A stretch of DNA of 64,000 nucleotides from Gemmatimonadota bacterium. Lineage in GTDB: Bacteria > Gemmatimonadota > Gemmatimonadetes > Palauibacterales > Palauibacteraceae. The notes under the pieces are model-generated. The model was not told the DNA's origin and did no database searches. It saw only the letters and a program-made list of their open reading frames with translations. Made by a program: the position numbers and the translations under genes. Of the stretch, positions 29,360-42,472 are shown piece by piece. Position 1 is the first letter of the stretch. Every line of letters begins with the position of its first letter. Location: the NCBI GenBank assembly GCA_039587395.1, contig JBDHIQ010000002.1:1171-65170 (forward strand). The letters are read 5' to 3'.

Positions 29360-29555
29360 GACACTCTCCTTCGGTCACAGTGATTGCGGCCCCGGATCCA
29401 GTCCGGAGCAGGAGATCTTTCGCCGCCGCATGCCGGCGAGCGCGCCAAGCTAGCGCCCCCGGCTGCGGAGTTCAACCTGGCAAGCCCCGGCCAGTCGGCC
29501 CGATCCTGCCGCGTCGTGGTCTCGTATCTGTGTCAGGTGCCGTTTATGGTCTTTC

Positions 29556-31727
29556 CTAGTGTAGCCCCGCGACTACCCTGAGCACTTCGAAGGCCGGAGC
29601 GGCCACAGCCATGAGTTGTTCGCTGTCGGTCATCGTGATCCCGTGCACCCGGACAAACCAGGGCGCCAGCACCAGGGACACCACGCTGATCAACTTGATC
29701 ACGATGTTCATGGAGGGGCCCGACGTGTCCTTGAACGGGTCGCCCACGGTGTCACCAACCACGGACGCCTTGTGGGGATCGGAGCCCTTCCCGCCGTGGG
29801 CCCCGCCTTCGATGTACTTCTTCGCATTGTCCCAGGCACCGCCCGCGTTAGCCATGAAGAGCGCCAGCAGGACACCGCTCAAAGTGGCGCCGGCCAGCAG
29901 GCCCCCCAGCGCCTCCACACCGAGGAAATACCCGACCACGATCGGAACCAGAATGGCCGTAAGTCCCGGAACCACCATCTCCTTGAGGGCCGCCGTGGTG
30001 GAGATGTCCACACAGCGCTCGGAGTCCGGCTTGGCCGTACCCTCCATCAGACCGGGGATCTCCTTGAACTGGCGACGCACCTCGGCCACCATTCCGGAGG
30101 CGGCGCGCCCGACGGCCGTCATCGTGAGTGATGCGATGAAGAAGGGCGTGATGCCGCCGATGAACACTCCGATCACGACCAGAGGGTTGACCAGGTTGAT
30201 CCCCTGCTCCGTGAGTCCGACCGCGTTGGCGTAAGCGGAGAACAGCGCCAGAGCCGTCAACGCCGCGGAGCCGATCGCGAAGCCCTTTCCGATCGCCGCG
30301 GTCGTATTGCCAAGCGCGTCCAGCCCATCGGTGATCTTGCGCACCTCGGGTCCCAGACCGCTCATCTCGCTGATCCCACCCGCGTTGTCCGCAATCGGTC
30401 CGTACGCATCGACCGACATCGTGACGCCCACGGTCGCGAGCATGCCGACAGCTGCGATACCGATGCCGTACAGACCGGCAAACTTGAAGGCGAAGAAGAT
30501 GGCGGCCGAGATCAGCAGCAGCGGAATGGCCACCGACTCCATACCGACCGCCAGACCCGTGATGATATTCGTGGCGGCGCCCGTCTCCGAGGCCTGCGCG
30601 ATCTTCCGAATCGGCTTCGCCGCCGTGTAGTACTCCGTGGACAGGCCGATGAAGATCCCGACGAGAGAGCCGAATAGCATGGCCCAGAACGGTCCTGCAT
30701 CGGGGTGCAGCCAGCGCCACAATTCGGCGTCGCGGGGGAAGATCGGAAGGTTGATCGTTATGAAGTAGGCCATGACCCAGAAGATGACGGCCCCGATGAA
30801 TGTCGTGTTGCGCAGGGCTGCCGCCGGATTGGTGCGCTCGAGGACTCGCATGCCTACGACGCCGACGGCGCTCGCCAGGAAGCCGGCCATTATGAAGAGA
30901 ATGGGCAGTGCGATGGCCGCAAACCGTGCGCTGATCGCGCTCCAGGATGGGTCCGCGCTCTGGACAATCAACGTGCTGGTCGCACCAAGCACGATGGTAG
31001 CAATAACCGAACCGACGTAAGACTCGAAAATGTCGGCACCCATACCGGCGACGTCACCCACGTTGTCCCCTACGTTGTCCGCAATCGTGGCCGGATTCCG
31101 CGGGTCATCCTCGGGGATTCCCGCTTCCACCTTCCCGACCAGGTCGGCTCCGACGTCGGCGGCTTTCGTGTAGATGCCGCCTCCGACGCGGGCAAACAGC
31201 GCGATGGAAGAAGCACCCATGGCGAACCCGCTGATCGTCTCGCCGAACGCTCGAGCGCTGGCATCGCTCATGGTCTCGGGCCAGAAGATGAGCACGACGG
31301 CGCCGATCCCCACCAGGCCGAGACTCGCCACTGCCATACCCATGACGGCGCCGCCGCTGAACGCCACACGCAGCGCCTTGGCCTGGCCGTGAGAACGTGC
31401 CGCTTCCGTCGTTCTGACGTTGGCGCGCGTGGCCGCCTGCATGCCAAAGAAGCCCGCCATGATGGAGCACGCGGCACCGAAGACGTAGGCCGCGGCGGTC
31501 TGCCCGCCGATCAATACGTACAAGAGGCCGGCAACGACCAGGACGAACGGTACAAGCACCATGTACTCCCGCTTCAGGAAGGCCATGGAACCGTTGTAGA
31601 TGGCGTCCGCCAGCTCCGACATCACATCGCTGCCGACGGGCTGGCTCCTCACGTATGCGAACAGGGCCCACGCGAACATGAGCCCGACCACACCCAATCC
31701 AAGCGCCCAATCGATGGACTGTTGCAC
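29556..31727 (-). CDS. hppA: membrane-bound ion-translocating pyrophosphatase
   Basis: 723 aa, about 16 TM. Motifs [48 protein letters not shown]. Confidence 0.95.
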   Translation of the reverse strand: MQQSIDWALGLGVVGLMFAWALFAYVRSQPVGSDVMSELADAIYNGSMAFLKREYMVLVPFVLVVAGLLYVLIGGQTAAAYVFGAACSIMAGFFGMQAATRANVRTTEAARSHGQAKALRVAFSGGAVMGMAVASLGLVGIGAVVLIFWPETMSDASARAFGETISGFAMGASSIALFARVGGGIYTKAADVGADLVGKVEAGIPEDDPRNPATIADNVGDNVGDVAGMGADIFESYVGSVIATIVLGATSTLIVQSADPSWSAISARFAAIALPILFIMAGFLASAVGVVGMRVLERTNPAAALRNTTFIGAVIFWVMAYFITINLPIFPRDAELWRWLHPDAGPFWAMLFGSLVGIFIGLSTEYYTAAKPIRKIAQASETGAATNIITGLAVGMESVAIPLLLISAAIFFAFKFAGLYGIGIAAVGMLATVGVTMSVDAYGPIADNAGGISEMSGLGPEVRKITDGLDALGNTTAAIGKGFAIGSAALTALALFSAYANAVGLTEQGINLVNPLVVIGVFIGGITPFFIASLTMTAVGRAASGMVAEVRRQFKEIPGLMEGTAKPDSERCVDISTTAALKEMVVPGLTAILVPIVVGYFLGVEALGGLLAGATLSGVLLALFMANAGGAWDNAKKYIEGGAHGGKGSDPHKASVVGDTVGDPFKDTSGPSMNIVIKLISVVSLVLAPWFVRVHGITMTDSEQLMAVAAPAFEVLRVVAGLH

Positions 31728-31776
31728 CTTGTCTATTCTCCTTGAACGGTTTCGTCCCGGTCTGCGACGCGGTCGA

Positions 31777-32346
31777 TCAGTTCCGGTTGTAGCGGTTCAT
31801 CGCCGCTTCGATTCCTTCCTGTATCCAGCACTCCACACCCTGCACGGCCCGTCCGAACGTCGCGAGGACTTCTTCCTCGTCGGAGCCCGACATGGTCGCG
31901 AGCACCCACTCGGCCAGGTCTATCCGGTCATCATGCGGTCTGCCGACTCCAATCCTCAGCCGGGAGTACTCCGGACTCTCCAGCGCCCGCTCCACAGAAG
32001 CCAGGCCGTTGTGCCCTCCGGCGGAGCCCTGACGCCGCAGTCGAATCTGGCCCGGGGACAGCCACACATCATCCACCAGCACCAGCAGATCTTCCGCAAC
32101 GTGGAAGTCCTCGCGCCGCCGCAGCTCTCGCACGGCCTCGCCACTGCGATTCACGTAGCGGAGCGGCTTGATGATCTCGACCGCCTGGCCGTGGACCGTA
32201 CCACCGGTCCGAGCGGTATCCCCCGTCTCTCGATACGGAGGCAGAGACCAGGTGCGTCCGAGGCGGTCCGCCAACCACCAGCCGACGTTGTGCCGGCTGT
32301 CCAGATACCGACGCCCGGGGTTCCCCAGAGCCAGGATGGCCTTCAA
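31777..32346 (-). CDS. pth: peptidyl-tRNA hydrolase
   Basis: [20 protein letters not shown]-terminus, GGHNGL motif. Confidence 0.95.
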   Translation of the reverse strand: MKAILALGNPGRRYLDSRHNVGWWLADRLGRTWSLPPYRETGDTARTGGTVHGQAVEIIKPLRYVNRSGEAVRELRRREDFHVAEDLLVLVDDVWLSPGQIRLRRQGSAGGHNGLASVERALESPEYSRLRIGVGRPHDDRIDLAEWVLATMSGSDEEEVLATFGRAVQGVECWIQEGIEAAMNRYNRN

Positions 32347-32398
32347 CGATCACGCCTTGGTCGAACGGGTGGCGGCGGCCGTCAGGCCGCCAGCGGGC

Positions 32399-33076
32399 TC
32401 AGTCCTCGGAATCCTCGGAGTCTTCGTCGTCCGCAGACTCCGCCTTGCCCTTGCCGATGACCTCGGGCTCCATGTCCTCGACTTCGCCCTCGACCTCTTC
32501 CTCTTCCTCCTCCACCACCAGGGCCGGCGGCTGCACTATGGCAACCATGACCTCAGGATCGTCCACGACTGTCACGTTGCCGCCGTCGATGTCCGCTACG
32601 TACAGCGCGTCGCCGATGGCCAACTCGCTGATGTCCAGGTCGAAGGCTTCGGGGATGTCGCCCGGCAGACACTCGATCGCGATCTCGTGCCGCTGCTGCT
32701 GGAGGATCCCACCTTCGGTGCTACCCACGGCCTGACCGGTCAGATGCAGGGGAATCTCGACCCTGATCACCTGATCCTCACGAATCAGGAGGAAGTCGAC
32801 ATGGAGAACTTCGGACCGGAACGGATGCCGCTGAATCTCCCGGATCAGCACCTTGCGGGACTCGCCTGAGCCGACCGTCAGCTCGATCACCGTGGAAGAG
32901 GCGCTGATGTGCGCCAGCATCATCTCCAGCTCGTCGGCTTTGACGCTCAGGCTGGAGGTTGTGCGGCCGTGACCGTACACCACGGCAGGAACAAGACCCT
33001 CGCGGCGAAGCTGTCGAGCCGCGCCCTTCCCCAAGCCGTCACGCGTCTCCGCCTGCAGCGTAACCAGATCCTTCAT
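32399..33076 (-). CDS. rplY: 50S ribosomal protein L25/general stress protein Ctc
   Basis: RDGLGKGAARQLRREGLVPAVVYGHG N-terminal domain, a Ctc-type second domain and an acidic tail. prs-ctc-pth order. Confidence 0.9.
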   Translation of the reverse strand: MKDLVTLQAETRDGLGKGAARQLRREGLVPAVVYGHGRTTSSLSVKADELEMMLAHISASSTVIELTVGSGESRKVLIREIQRHPFRSEVLHVDFLLIREDQVIRVEIPLHLTGQAVGSTEGGILQQQRHEIAIECLPGDIPEAFDLDISELAIGDALYVADIDGGNVTVVDDPEVMVAIVQPPALVVEEEEEEVEGEVEDMEPEVIGKGKAESADDEDSEDSED

Positions 33077-33173
33077 ACCAGTCCTCTAATCCTTGCAGCA
33101 GTTGTGTTCGTTCGCGTCTCGGCGAGCCGCCCTGTCTCGCAGGGCCGACGTCGTCAGGCGCACGTCCCGACCT

Positions 33174-34133
33174 TCAGCCGAATAACGAGCTGACCGAGCT
33201 GTTCGTGTGCGTGCTCAGAATGGCCCGGGCCAGAAGATCCGCCACGCTCAGCACCCTCAGGTTGTCCAGGGCTGCCAGCTTCTCATCCGGAATCGCGATG
33301 GTATCCGTGACCGCGATCTCCCGCACTCCGGCTTCTCGCAGCCGTTCCACCGCCGGTCCCGACAGGAGCGCATGCGTGGCCACGATGTAGATCTCTATCG
33401 CTCCCCGCTCGCGCAGGACATCGACCGTCGTGGTCATCGTGCCGGCCGTGTCGATCATGTCGTCGGGAATGAGGCAGCGCTTTCCCTCCACCTCCCCGAC
33501 GATGTTGACCACCTCGGCCACGTTGGGGCCCGGACGCCTCTTGTCCACGATGGCCAGGTCGCCACCCAACCGCTTCGCGTAGCCGCGCGCCATCTTGGCG
33601 GCACCCACGTCGGTGGCCACCACGACCAGATTGTCCAGCCCCATCGCTTCGAAATGTCTCCGGAACACCGGCGCCGCGTACAGGTGGTCCACCGGAATGT
33701 CGAAGAATCCCTGCAGCTGGTGCTGGTGAAGATCGATCGACAATACCCGGTCTGCCCCCGCCGCCGTAATCAGATTCGCCATCAGCTTGGCGGAGATCGA
33801 TACGCGCGGCTGGTCCTTTCGGTCCGCCCTGGCGTACCCGAAGTACGGGATCACCGCCGTCACCCGTGCCGCAGACGCTCTCCGTGCCGCATCGATCAGT
33901 ATCAGCAGCTCCATGATGTTCTCGGCGGGCGGATTGGTAGGCTGGATCAGGTAAACGTCGCGACCGCGAACGTTTTCGTTGATCCCTACGTGAATCTCGC
34001 CGTCCGCAAAGCGCTTGATAGTCACGTCGCAGAGCCTCTCGTCCAGCTCCGCTGCGATCCCCTCCGCGAGTGCCCGATTGGCGGTGCCGGAGAGAAGCAT
34101 CAGCGGGCTCGAGGAGGCCGAGAGATCCGGCAT
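33174..34133 (-). CDS. prs: ribose-phosphate pyrophosphokinase
   Basis: RFADGEIHV, YFGYARADRK, DLHQHQLQGFFDIPVDHL and DDMIDTAGT motifs. Confidence 0.95.
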   Translation of the reverse strand: MPDLSASSSPLMLLSGTANRALAEGIAAELDERLCDVTIKRFADGEIHVGINENVRGRDVYLIQPTNPPAENIMELLILIDAARRASAARVTAVIPYFGYARADRKDQPRVSISAKLMANLITAAGADRVLSIDLHQHQLQGFFDIPVDHLYAAPVFRRHFEAMGLDNLVVVATDVGAAKMARGYAKRLGGDLAIVDKRRPGPNVAEVVNIVGEVEGKRCLIPDDMIDTAGTMTTTVDVLRERGAIEIYIVATHALLSGPAVERLREAGVREIAVTDTIAIPDEKLAALDNLRVLSVADLLARAILSTHTNSSVSSLFG

Positions 34134-34236
34134 TATCGCAACCCGATTCGTGTGCTGAAGGCCGTTGTTCCGGCAGAACCCGTCATCCGCCCGGAACGTC
34201 CATAGCCGCGCAGAATATAGCGGTTATCCAGAGATG

Positions 34237-35316
34237 TCAACGAATTTCCGCGCCCTGCGTACCTTCGGAGGCGGCCTGCAGGTGGACTGTTCGGGTCGGG
34301 TACGCGAACTCGATTCCGTCGGCCTCGAACCGTTGATGGATCTCCAGGTTGATTGCCTGCTGAATATCCATGGCGGCGGCGTACTCGGGTCTCAACACGA
34401 AGTACACCGTGTCAAAGTCGATCGAGGAGTCGCCGTAGCCCGTGAAGTGTGACCGGTCGAAGCGGACTGTCTCCTGTCCTTCTACCGCTTCGCGCAGCAT
34501 CTGCGGGATGCGCTCGATGCTCTCCCGGGGCGTCTGGTAGGTCACGCCGATTGTGAACGCCATCCGTCGCTCGTACAGGCGGCCAAAGTTCCTGACCCGG
34601 CTGTTCAGGAGGTCCGCGTTGCCGAGCACCAACTGCTCGCCCGTCAGGCTGCGGAGGCGAGTCGTCTTGAGTCCGATGTACTCCACGGTACCCTTGTATT
34701 CGCCCACTGCCAGGAAGTCGCCGATCACGAAGGGCTTGTCCAGTACGATCGCCAGCGAGGCAAACAGGTCGCTCAGGATGCTCTGCGCCGCCAGGGCGAC
34801 GGCGATGCCGCCTATGCCCATTCCCGCGACCAGCGCCGTCACCTCGATCCCGAAGTTGTCCATGATCAGCAGGATTGCGATCACCCAGACGGCCAGTTTG
34901 CCGATGAAGCTGAGGGCCGTCACGGTGGTGACCGCGGACGCATCCTGTTCGAGCTTCGCTTTCCGGTAGCGCTCCAGCAGGAAGTTGATCGCCGCGTTGA
35001 CCCAGATGGCTCCCTGCAACACCAGCGCGATGATCGAGGCGCGCAGCAACACGGTGCGGATAACGGCCGGCAGCGTGAGCGCATGCGAAGAAAGGAACAG
35101 CGACACGATCAGGAGGAAAAGGAACCGCGTCTTTCCCAGCAGCTCCGCCACGAGGTCGTCGACAGGTGTGTCCGTCTGGTCGGCAAGTGGCGCCAACCGT
35201 TTGACCGCCATTCCCACCAGGAACCGCAGGATGAACAGCGCCAGTACCAGAATGCCGGCGGCGACCAGCCACTCCTGCACGGTGTTGTTGTAGAAAGTGC
35301 TATCCAGAAAGCTCAT
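34237..35316 (-). CDS. mechanosensitive ion channel family protein (MscS-like)
   Basis: N-terminal TM helices then PFVIGDFLAVGEYKGTVEYIGLKTTRLRSLTGEQLVLGNADLLNSRVRNF, the MscS beta-domain signature. Confidence 0.85.
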   Translation of the reverse strand: MSFLDSTFYNNTVQEWLVAAGILVLALFILRFLVGMAVKRLAPLADQTDTPVDDLVAELLGKTRFLFLLIVSLFLSSHALTLPAVIRTVLLRASIIALVLQGAIWVNAAINFLLERYRKAKLEQDASAVTTVTALSFIGKLAVWVIAILLIMDNFGIEVTALVAGMGIGGIAVALAAQSILSDLFASLAIVLDKPFVIGDFLAVGEYKGTVEYIGLKTTRLRSLTGEQLVLGNADLLNSRVRNFGRLYERRMAFTIGVTYQTPRESIERIPQMLREAVEGQETVRFDRSHFTGYGDSSIDFDTVYFVLRPEYAAAMDIQQAINLEIHQRFEADGIEFAYPTRTVHLQAASEGTQGAEIR

Positions 35317-35538
35317 CTCTCATCCGTTCCTCTTGGTTCCCCGTTGTGGCTCGTGCCGGTCCATGTGCGGGCCGGGCAGGTCACGATACGCGGTGCGGAA
35401 GATCGCGCAATACCGCCAGCGCGGCCGACCCCTGCGCTTGATTCGGCTCTCCCCGCAGGACAATTTGCTGGGCCCGCTGGTGTGTTCCGGCTGGCGCGGC
35501 CTGGCCAGTTGATCATCCGTGCTGAAGGAGTTTCGTCC

Positions 35539-36827
35539 ATGGTGTCGCGCCCCTCGCTCGCTGTTGCTGTTCTCCCGCTCACGTTCTTTCTGTTGCCGTC
35601 GCACGCCCCGGAATCCAGCCGAACCAAGCCGCCGGAGTGCGACCCGGACAACGCGGGAATCTCGCTCCCGGCCGGCTTCTGCGCCCTGGTGGTGGCTGAC
35701 GAGGTCGGCACGGCCAGGCATCTCGCGGTGTCTCCGGCCGGAGACGTATACGTGGCGGTGCGCCGCAGCCGGGGCTCCGATGCCCCTGGCGGCGTGCTGG
35801 CCATGCGTGACATGGATGGAGACGGACGAACCGAGATCAAGCTGCGGTTTGGCGGCGAGGACGCCGCCGGCGGCACCGGGATCGCGCTGCAAGGATCGCA
35901 TCTGTACTTCGCGCCGGACGGCGGGGTGGTGCGGGCCAGCATACCGGAAGGAGCGCTCGAGCCCACCATGCCGCTCGAGATCATCGTTTCCGACCTGCCC
36001 GGACCCGGCACTACGCACGCCGCCAAGTCGGCCGTGATCGACCAGGCCGGCAACCTGTACGTCAACATCGGATCTCCCTCCAATGCCTGCCAGGAAGAGG
36101 ATCGGCAAGCCGGGTCACCGGGCAAGGAGCCGTGTCCCGACCTCGAAACGCGGGCCGGCATCTGGCGTTTCGATGCGAACCGAGTCGGTCAGAAACAGAG
36201 TGATGGCGTCCGGTTCGCCACCGGCCTTCGCAACACGTTCGCGCTCGCCATCCACCCGACCAGCGGCGAGCTGTGGGGAGTCCAGCACGGTCGCGACCAG
36301 CTTTCCAGATGGTCGGACCTGTTCGACGACCAGGACAACGCGGAGAAACCGGCCGAGGAATTCGTGCAGATCGATCAGGGAGATGACTTCGGGTGGCCGT
36401 ACTGTTTCTACGACCCCGAGCAGCAGAAGAAGGTGCTGGCTCCCGAGTACGGCGGGGACGGACAGCTTGTCGGACGCTGCGGCGACAAGAAGGACCCGGT
36501 CATTGCCTTTCCGGCGCACTGGGCGCCGAATGCGCTCGCATTCTACGCCGGAGATCAGTTCCCCGAGCGATTCCGGGGCGGGGCGTTCATCGCATTCCAC
36601 GGGTCGTGGAACCGGGCGCCGGAGCCGCAGGGCGGGTACAATGTCGTATTCGTGCCGTTCGGCGCGGACGGGAGACCGACCGGGGAGTGGGAGGTGTTCG
36701 CCGACGGCTTTGCCGGCGACGATGTGAGTCCGCGTGGCGCGTTGCACCGGCCTTCCGGGCTGGCGGTGGGGCCGGACGGTTCCCTGTTCGTGGCCGACGA
36801 TCGCGGCGGACGGATCTACCGGATCGT

Positions 36828-36843
<16 letters not shown>
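35539..36843 (+). CDS. PQQ-dependent sugar (glucose/sorbosone) dehydrogenase family beta-propeller protein, secreted
   Basis: ATG 35539 preceded by GAAGGAG. Signal peptide [48 protein letters not shown] and GDDFGWPYC motifs. The only plus-strand gene between 10992 and 59549. Confidence 0.75.
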
Positions 36844-38927
<2,084 letters not shown>

Positions 38928-39028
38928 GAATTGGAACTCCCCCGGTGGTGTGAGCCAGCGCGACGATGCATCCGGAGCGCCGTGGCACTCCGGATGCTAC
39001 CGGAACCGAGGAAGATAGGTGATGTTCG

Positions 39029-40213
39029 CTACTGAGCGAGCACCCGGGTGGGTGTGAGGCGCGTGTTCACGTTGCCGGTGCCGAGGCGGCCATCGGTCCC
39101 CAGTCCCCAGCAGAACGGTTCGCCGGCCACCGTCACGCCGCACGTGTGCCGGTCTCCGGCAATCACGATCGCAAAGGCATGGCCGCCCGCCACCAGCCTG
39201 GGCTCGAGCGTGTCCAGCTCGTTTCCGGTGCCCAGACGCCCGTCTGCACCCTCGCCCCAGCAGTAGGCATTGTTGTCAGCGGCCACGCCGCAACTGTGCT
39301 CCGTTCCGGCGCTGATCTGCACAAAGGCCAGGTCCCCTGCCACCGGCCACGGCTCCAGTTGATTGTTGGCGTTTCCGGTGCCCAGTCGGCCGCTCGAGCC
39401 ATCTCCCCAGCAGAACGCGACGTCTCCCGTGGTCACGCCGCAGCTGTGACTCTCACCCGCGCTGACCTGGGCGAACTGGTGCCCGCGCGTCACGAGCCGG
39501 GGTTGCGTCGCAGTGTTCGTATTGCCGGATCCCAGCTGCCCGTTGGCGCCTTCGCCCCAGCAGTATGCGTCGTTGGTGGTCCCCACGGCGCACGAGTGCT
39601 TCGCACCGGCGCTCACCTGGCTGAACGTCATGCCTCCCGAGACGAGGGCCGGCGACAGGCGGTCCGTAGCAATGCCGTTGCCGAGCCGGAACTCCTCACC
39701 CTTGCCCCAGCAGTACACCTGACCATCCGTCGCGACCGCACAACTGTGCGCCTCGCCGGCGCTGACCTGAGCGAACACGAAATCGCCGAACACCAGCGCC
39801 GGGGTGAGCCTGTCGGCAATCGCATTGGTGCCCAGGCGGCCGCTCTCTCCCTTGCCCCAGCAGAGCGCCGCTCCGTCGGTCGCAACCGCACAGCTGTGCT
39901 CGGCACCCGCCGACGTCTGGACCAGGGTACGGCTGGAGCCGGCCCGCACGGGTTGAAGCTGGTCCGCCGTGTTGCCGGTCCCGAGCCGGCCGCTGCCGCC
40001 CTCGCCCCAGCAGAGGACCGAGCCGTCATCCCTCACCCCGCAGGAATGAGCCTGGCCGGCGGAAACGACCAGCCAGTCAAACGCTTCGGGGGGAGGCGGC
40101 TCCGTCGTGGATTCGTCGCTGGAGCACGCGGCTGTGAAACCAACAGCGCAAAAGAAAAGAATTACTGGAACGAACGAGCCCTTCCTGTCCACGCCACCCG
40201 CCTCCTTCATCAT
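39029..40213 (-). CDS. lipoprotein with seven RCC1-like repeats (beta-propeller)
   Basis: Lipobox FFCAVGFTAAC. Seven consecutive roughly 50 aa units of the form VSAG..HSC(A/G)V...G..(Y/F)CWG.G..G(R/Q)LG.G. Confidence 0.85.
   Translation of the reverse strand: MMKEAGGVDRKGSFVPVILFFCAVGFTAACSSDESTTEPPPPEAFDWLVVSAGQAHSCGVRDDGSVLCWGEGGSGRLGTGNTADQLQPVRAGSSRTLVQTSAGAEHSCAVATDGAALCWGKGESGRLGTNAIADRLTPALVFGDFVFAQVSAGEAHSCAVATDGQVYCWGKGEEFRLGNGIATDRLSPALVSGGMTFSQVSAGAKHSCAVGTTNDAYCWGEGANGQLGSGNTNTATQPRLVTRGHQFAQVSAGESHSCGVTTGDVAFCWGDGSSGRLGTGNANNQLEPWPVAGDLAFVQISAGTEHSCGVAADNNAYCWGEGADGRLGTGNELDTLEPRLVAGGHAFAIVIAGDRHTCGVTVAGEPFCWGLGTDGRLGTGNVNTRLTPTRVLAQ
39032..40075 (-). repeat. seven tandem ~150 bp coding repeats (RCC1 blades)
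   Basis: The periodic HSC(A/G)V...CWG.G..GRLGTGN motif recurs 7 times in the translation. Confidence 0.8.
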
Positions 40214-40361
40214 CCCAAGTTACTAAGCCACAGTCTCTTACAGTCCGCCATGAATCAAATGAAGGTGCGGCGGGCCGCTACACGCCTGCGTTTCCGGCGC
40301 AAGGGGCATGCCTTCCGCAACGAAGCGGTGGGCCGCGTCCCATGCGGCCGGTCCGGTACAG

Positions 40362-40432
40362 TTGGCCCCCCAGGACTCGAACCTGGATTGCCGGCTCCAA
40401 AGGCCGGAGTCTTGCCGTTAGACGAGGGGCCA
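40362..40432 (-). tRNA. tRNA-Gln (anticodon UUG)
   Basis: Hand-folded cloverleaf. Acceptor UGGCCCC/GGGGCCA, D arm GUCU-AACGGCA-AGAC, anticodon arm CCGGC-CUUUGGA-GCCGG (UUG), variable CAAU, T arm CCAGG-UUCGAGU-CCUGG, discriminator A. CCA is not encoded. Confidence 0.95.
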
Positions 40433-40579
40433 GCGCCTGCCGTGTGGAACTTGGATCCCCGCAGGATACGCGTCAACTTGATGAGATACGCGCGTTGCTG
40501 CCGTGCAGTCGGGTCGCCGCGGCATTCGTCTCTCGTCAGGTGGGTTCGGTCGCGCGGGGGACCGATGCCGACCGAGGGT

Positions 40580-41494
40580 CTAGACAGGCGTGTCCACCGG
40601 GATCATCGACCACCCCGCTGGCCAGTCGGCCCCTGCCAGTGCCCCATCCCGGCTTTCCGCGTTGGAGAAGACGGCGAATACGGCCGAGCCGGATCCAGTC
40701 ATCTGACTGATTTGTGCACCTTCGGCCAGCAATCGCTGGCGCGCCTCGCGGAGCTCCGGATGCCGTGCAAACACCGGCCCTTCGAAATCGTTCATCGCCA
40801 CCATACGGAGCGCGTTCCAGTCGGTGAGTTTCCCCGGGGAGGGCAACGCCCCACCGCTGGAACCGGACGAATAGAGGCTCTCCGCCTGCGCCTCCCGATC
40901 CTGCCGCAGCCAGCCGTAGGCCTCCCCGCTCCCGATGCCGAAATCGGGCACGACCAGGAGCGCCGGACGTACCCCGGGAGGTCGCAGCGGAAGCAAGCGA
41001 CGGCCACGCTCCCACCCGAGAGCCATCGGCACCCCGAGCGCCGCGAACGGGACGTCGCTGCCGAGCTCGCCGGCTACCGTCAACAGCTCGCCCTCGCTGA
41101 GCGGGTTGTTCAGGCTCTGGTTCAAGAGTCGCAGTAGCGCGGCCGCATCGGCGCTCCCTCCCCCGAGACCGGATCCGCTCGGGATTCTCTTGCTGAGCGC
41201 GATATGCACCGCCGGCCGTCTCCCGACGGCGGCGAAGAAACGTTCGGCCGCCAGCCAGCACAGGTTCTCCGGGCCATCCGGCACGGTGGGATCTCCGGTC
41301 ACCTGCAACTCGATGCCCGGGCCGGAGGCCTGCAACTCCACGGTGTCGTGCAGGCCGGTGCGCAGGAAAAGTGTTTCGATCGAATGATACCCCTGATCGT
41401 CGGGCCGGAATACGCGAAGCCGGAGGTTGAGTTTCGCGTGCGCGGCTGCCGAGCGAGCCCGCTCCGCCGGTCTCTCCGGTTGCGTTTCGGTCAC
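40580..41494 (-). CDS. ispE: 4-(cytidine 5'-diphospho)-2-C-methyl-D-erythritol kinase
   Basis: C-terminal 304 codons of ORF 40580..42475, starting at GTG 41494 (GTGA overlap with the upstream stop). AKLNLRLRV N-terminus and GHMP-kinase motif IPSGSGLGGGSADAAA. Confidence 0.9.
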   Translation of the reverse strand: MTETQPERPAERARSAAAHAKLNLRLRVFRPDDQGYHSIETLFLRTGLHDTVELQASGPGIELQVTGDPTVPDGPENLCWLAAERFFAAVGRRPAVHIALSKRIPSGSGLGGGSADAAALLRLLNQSLNNPLSEGELLTVAGELGSDVPFAALGVPMALGWERGRRLLPLRPPGVRPALLVVPDFGIGSGEAYGWLRQDREAQAESLYSSGSSGGALPSPGKLTDWNALRMVAMNDFEGPVFARHPELREARQRLLAEGAQISQMTGSGSAVFAVFSNAESRDGALAGADWPAGWSMIPVDTPV

Positions 41495-42472
41495 CCGTGC
41501 TCCCCCGCTGACTCGACGACCTCTTCGCTGCGCTCCACTTCCGACCAGGTCAGGCCGAGCTGATTGGCAAAGTAGAGACCGATCACGGTGATAGGGATCA
41601 TCGAGAAGATGTGGTAGCCCGCCGCGAAGCTGATGATGCGGGTCGGATCCACCCCATACAGCGACAGCGCGACGCGGGACGCGGCCTCGAATGGTCCGAA
41701 GAAGCCGGGACTGGACGGAATCGACACCGCGAATCCGATGATAGACTGGAGAAGCACGGCGCCGGCGAATCCGGGTCCTTCGATGTCGAAGGCCAGAAAG
41801 CCAAGCCAGAAAGAGGCGGCGTTCCACAGCCAGACAACCACGGTCCAGGCTATCGCCTGCATAAACACGTGCGCGTGACGCAGTGCGCCGAGCCCCGTGA
41901 TGAAGGACGAAAGAAGACCGCCGATTCTGTCCGCGAACCGGTCGGGGAGGAGGCGGTGCATCCAGCGCTCGGCCACCTCGAGGAACCGGTCCGGGAAGCG
42001 AACCAAGAGCCCCAGCGTTATCAGCCCGATGCCGACGGCAATCAGCCCGACCACAAACGCCTGACGCACCAGGTCGGGCACTTCTCCGGCCAGGCCGGGA
42101 AGGTAGAACGCCGGAAACAGGAACACCATCAACACGATGGCGTCGAACAGCCGCTCTATGACGAGCGACGCGAACGCCGCTCCGATCCCGATCGGCTCGA
42201 GCCGGGTGAGCGCGACTACCCGGGCGAACTCTGGCCGAGAACCGGGACCGGAATGCTGAGTGCTCCAGGGCAGGGAGCAGAAGCACTCGCCACCGGAGCG
42301 CACGCAGCGCGAACGTGCCGGTGGCCACCGCGACGGAAGCGCCAAGAAGTAGGAAGTTGGCGTTTCCGACCTGGACCAGCAGCTCCGATATGGAGACGTC
42401 GCGCAGCGCCCACCACAAGAGCGCAACCGAGATGAACAGACCGACGACAATGGTGATGCGGTGTTTACCCAT
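41491..42472 (-). pseudogene. UPF0104 / lysylphosphatidylglycerol-synthase-TM-like (flippase-like) membrane protein, reading frame broken near 42232
   Basis: The family-typical N-terminus [26 protein letters not shown]...FALRALRWRVLLLP is in the frame of ORF 40580..42475. The rest (EFARVVALTRLEPIGIGAAFASLVIERLFD ... to stop 41491) is in the frame of ORF 41491..42450. The two are joined at TTC TCG GCC A GAG TTC. Confidence 0.7.

Noticed and set aside
34224-34232. Isolated TTATCCAGA (8/9 DnaA box) between prs and the MscS gene
   Set aside because: It is a single copy with no neighbouring boxes or AT-rich tract, which is consistent with chance.
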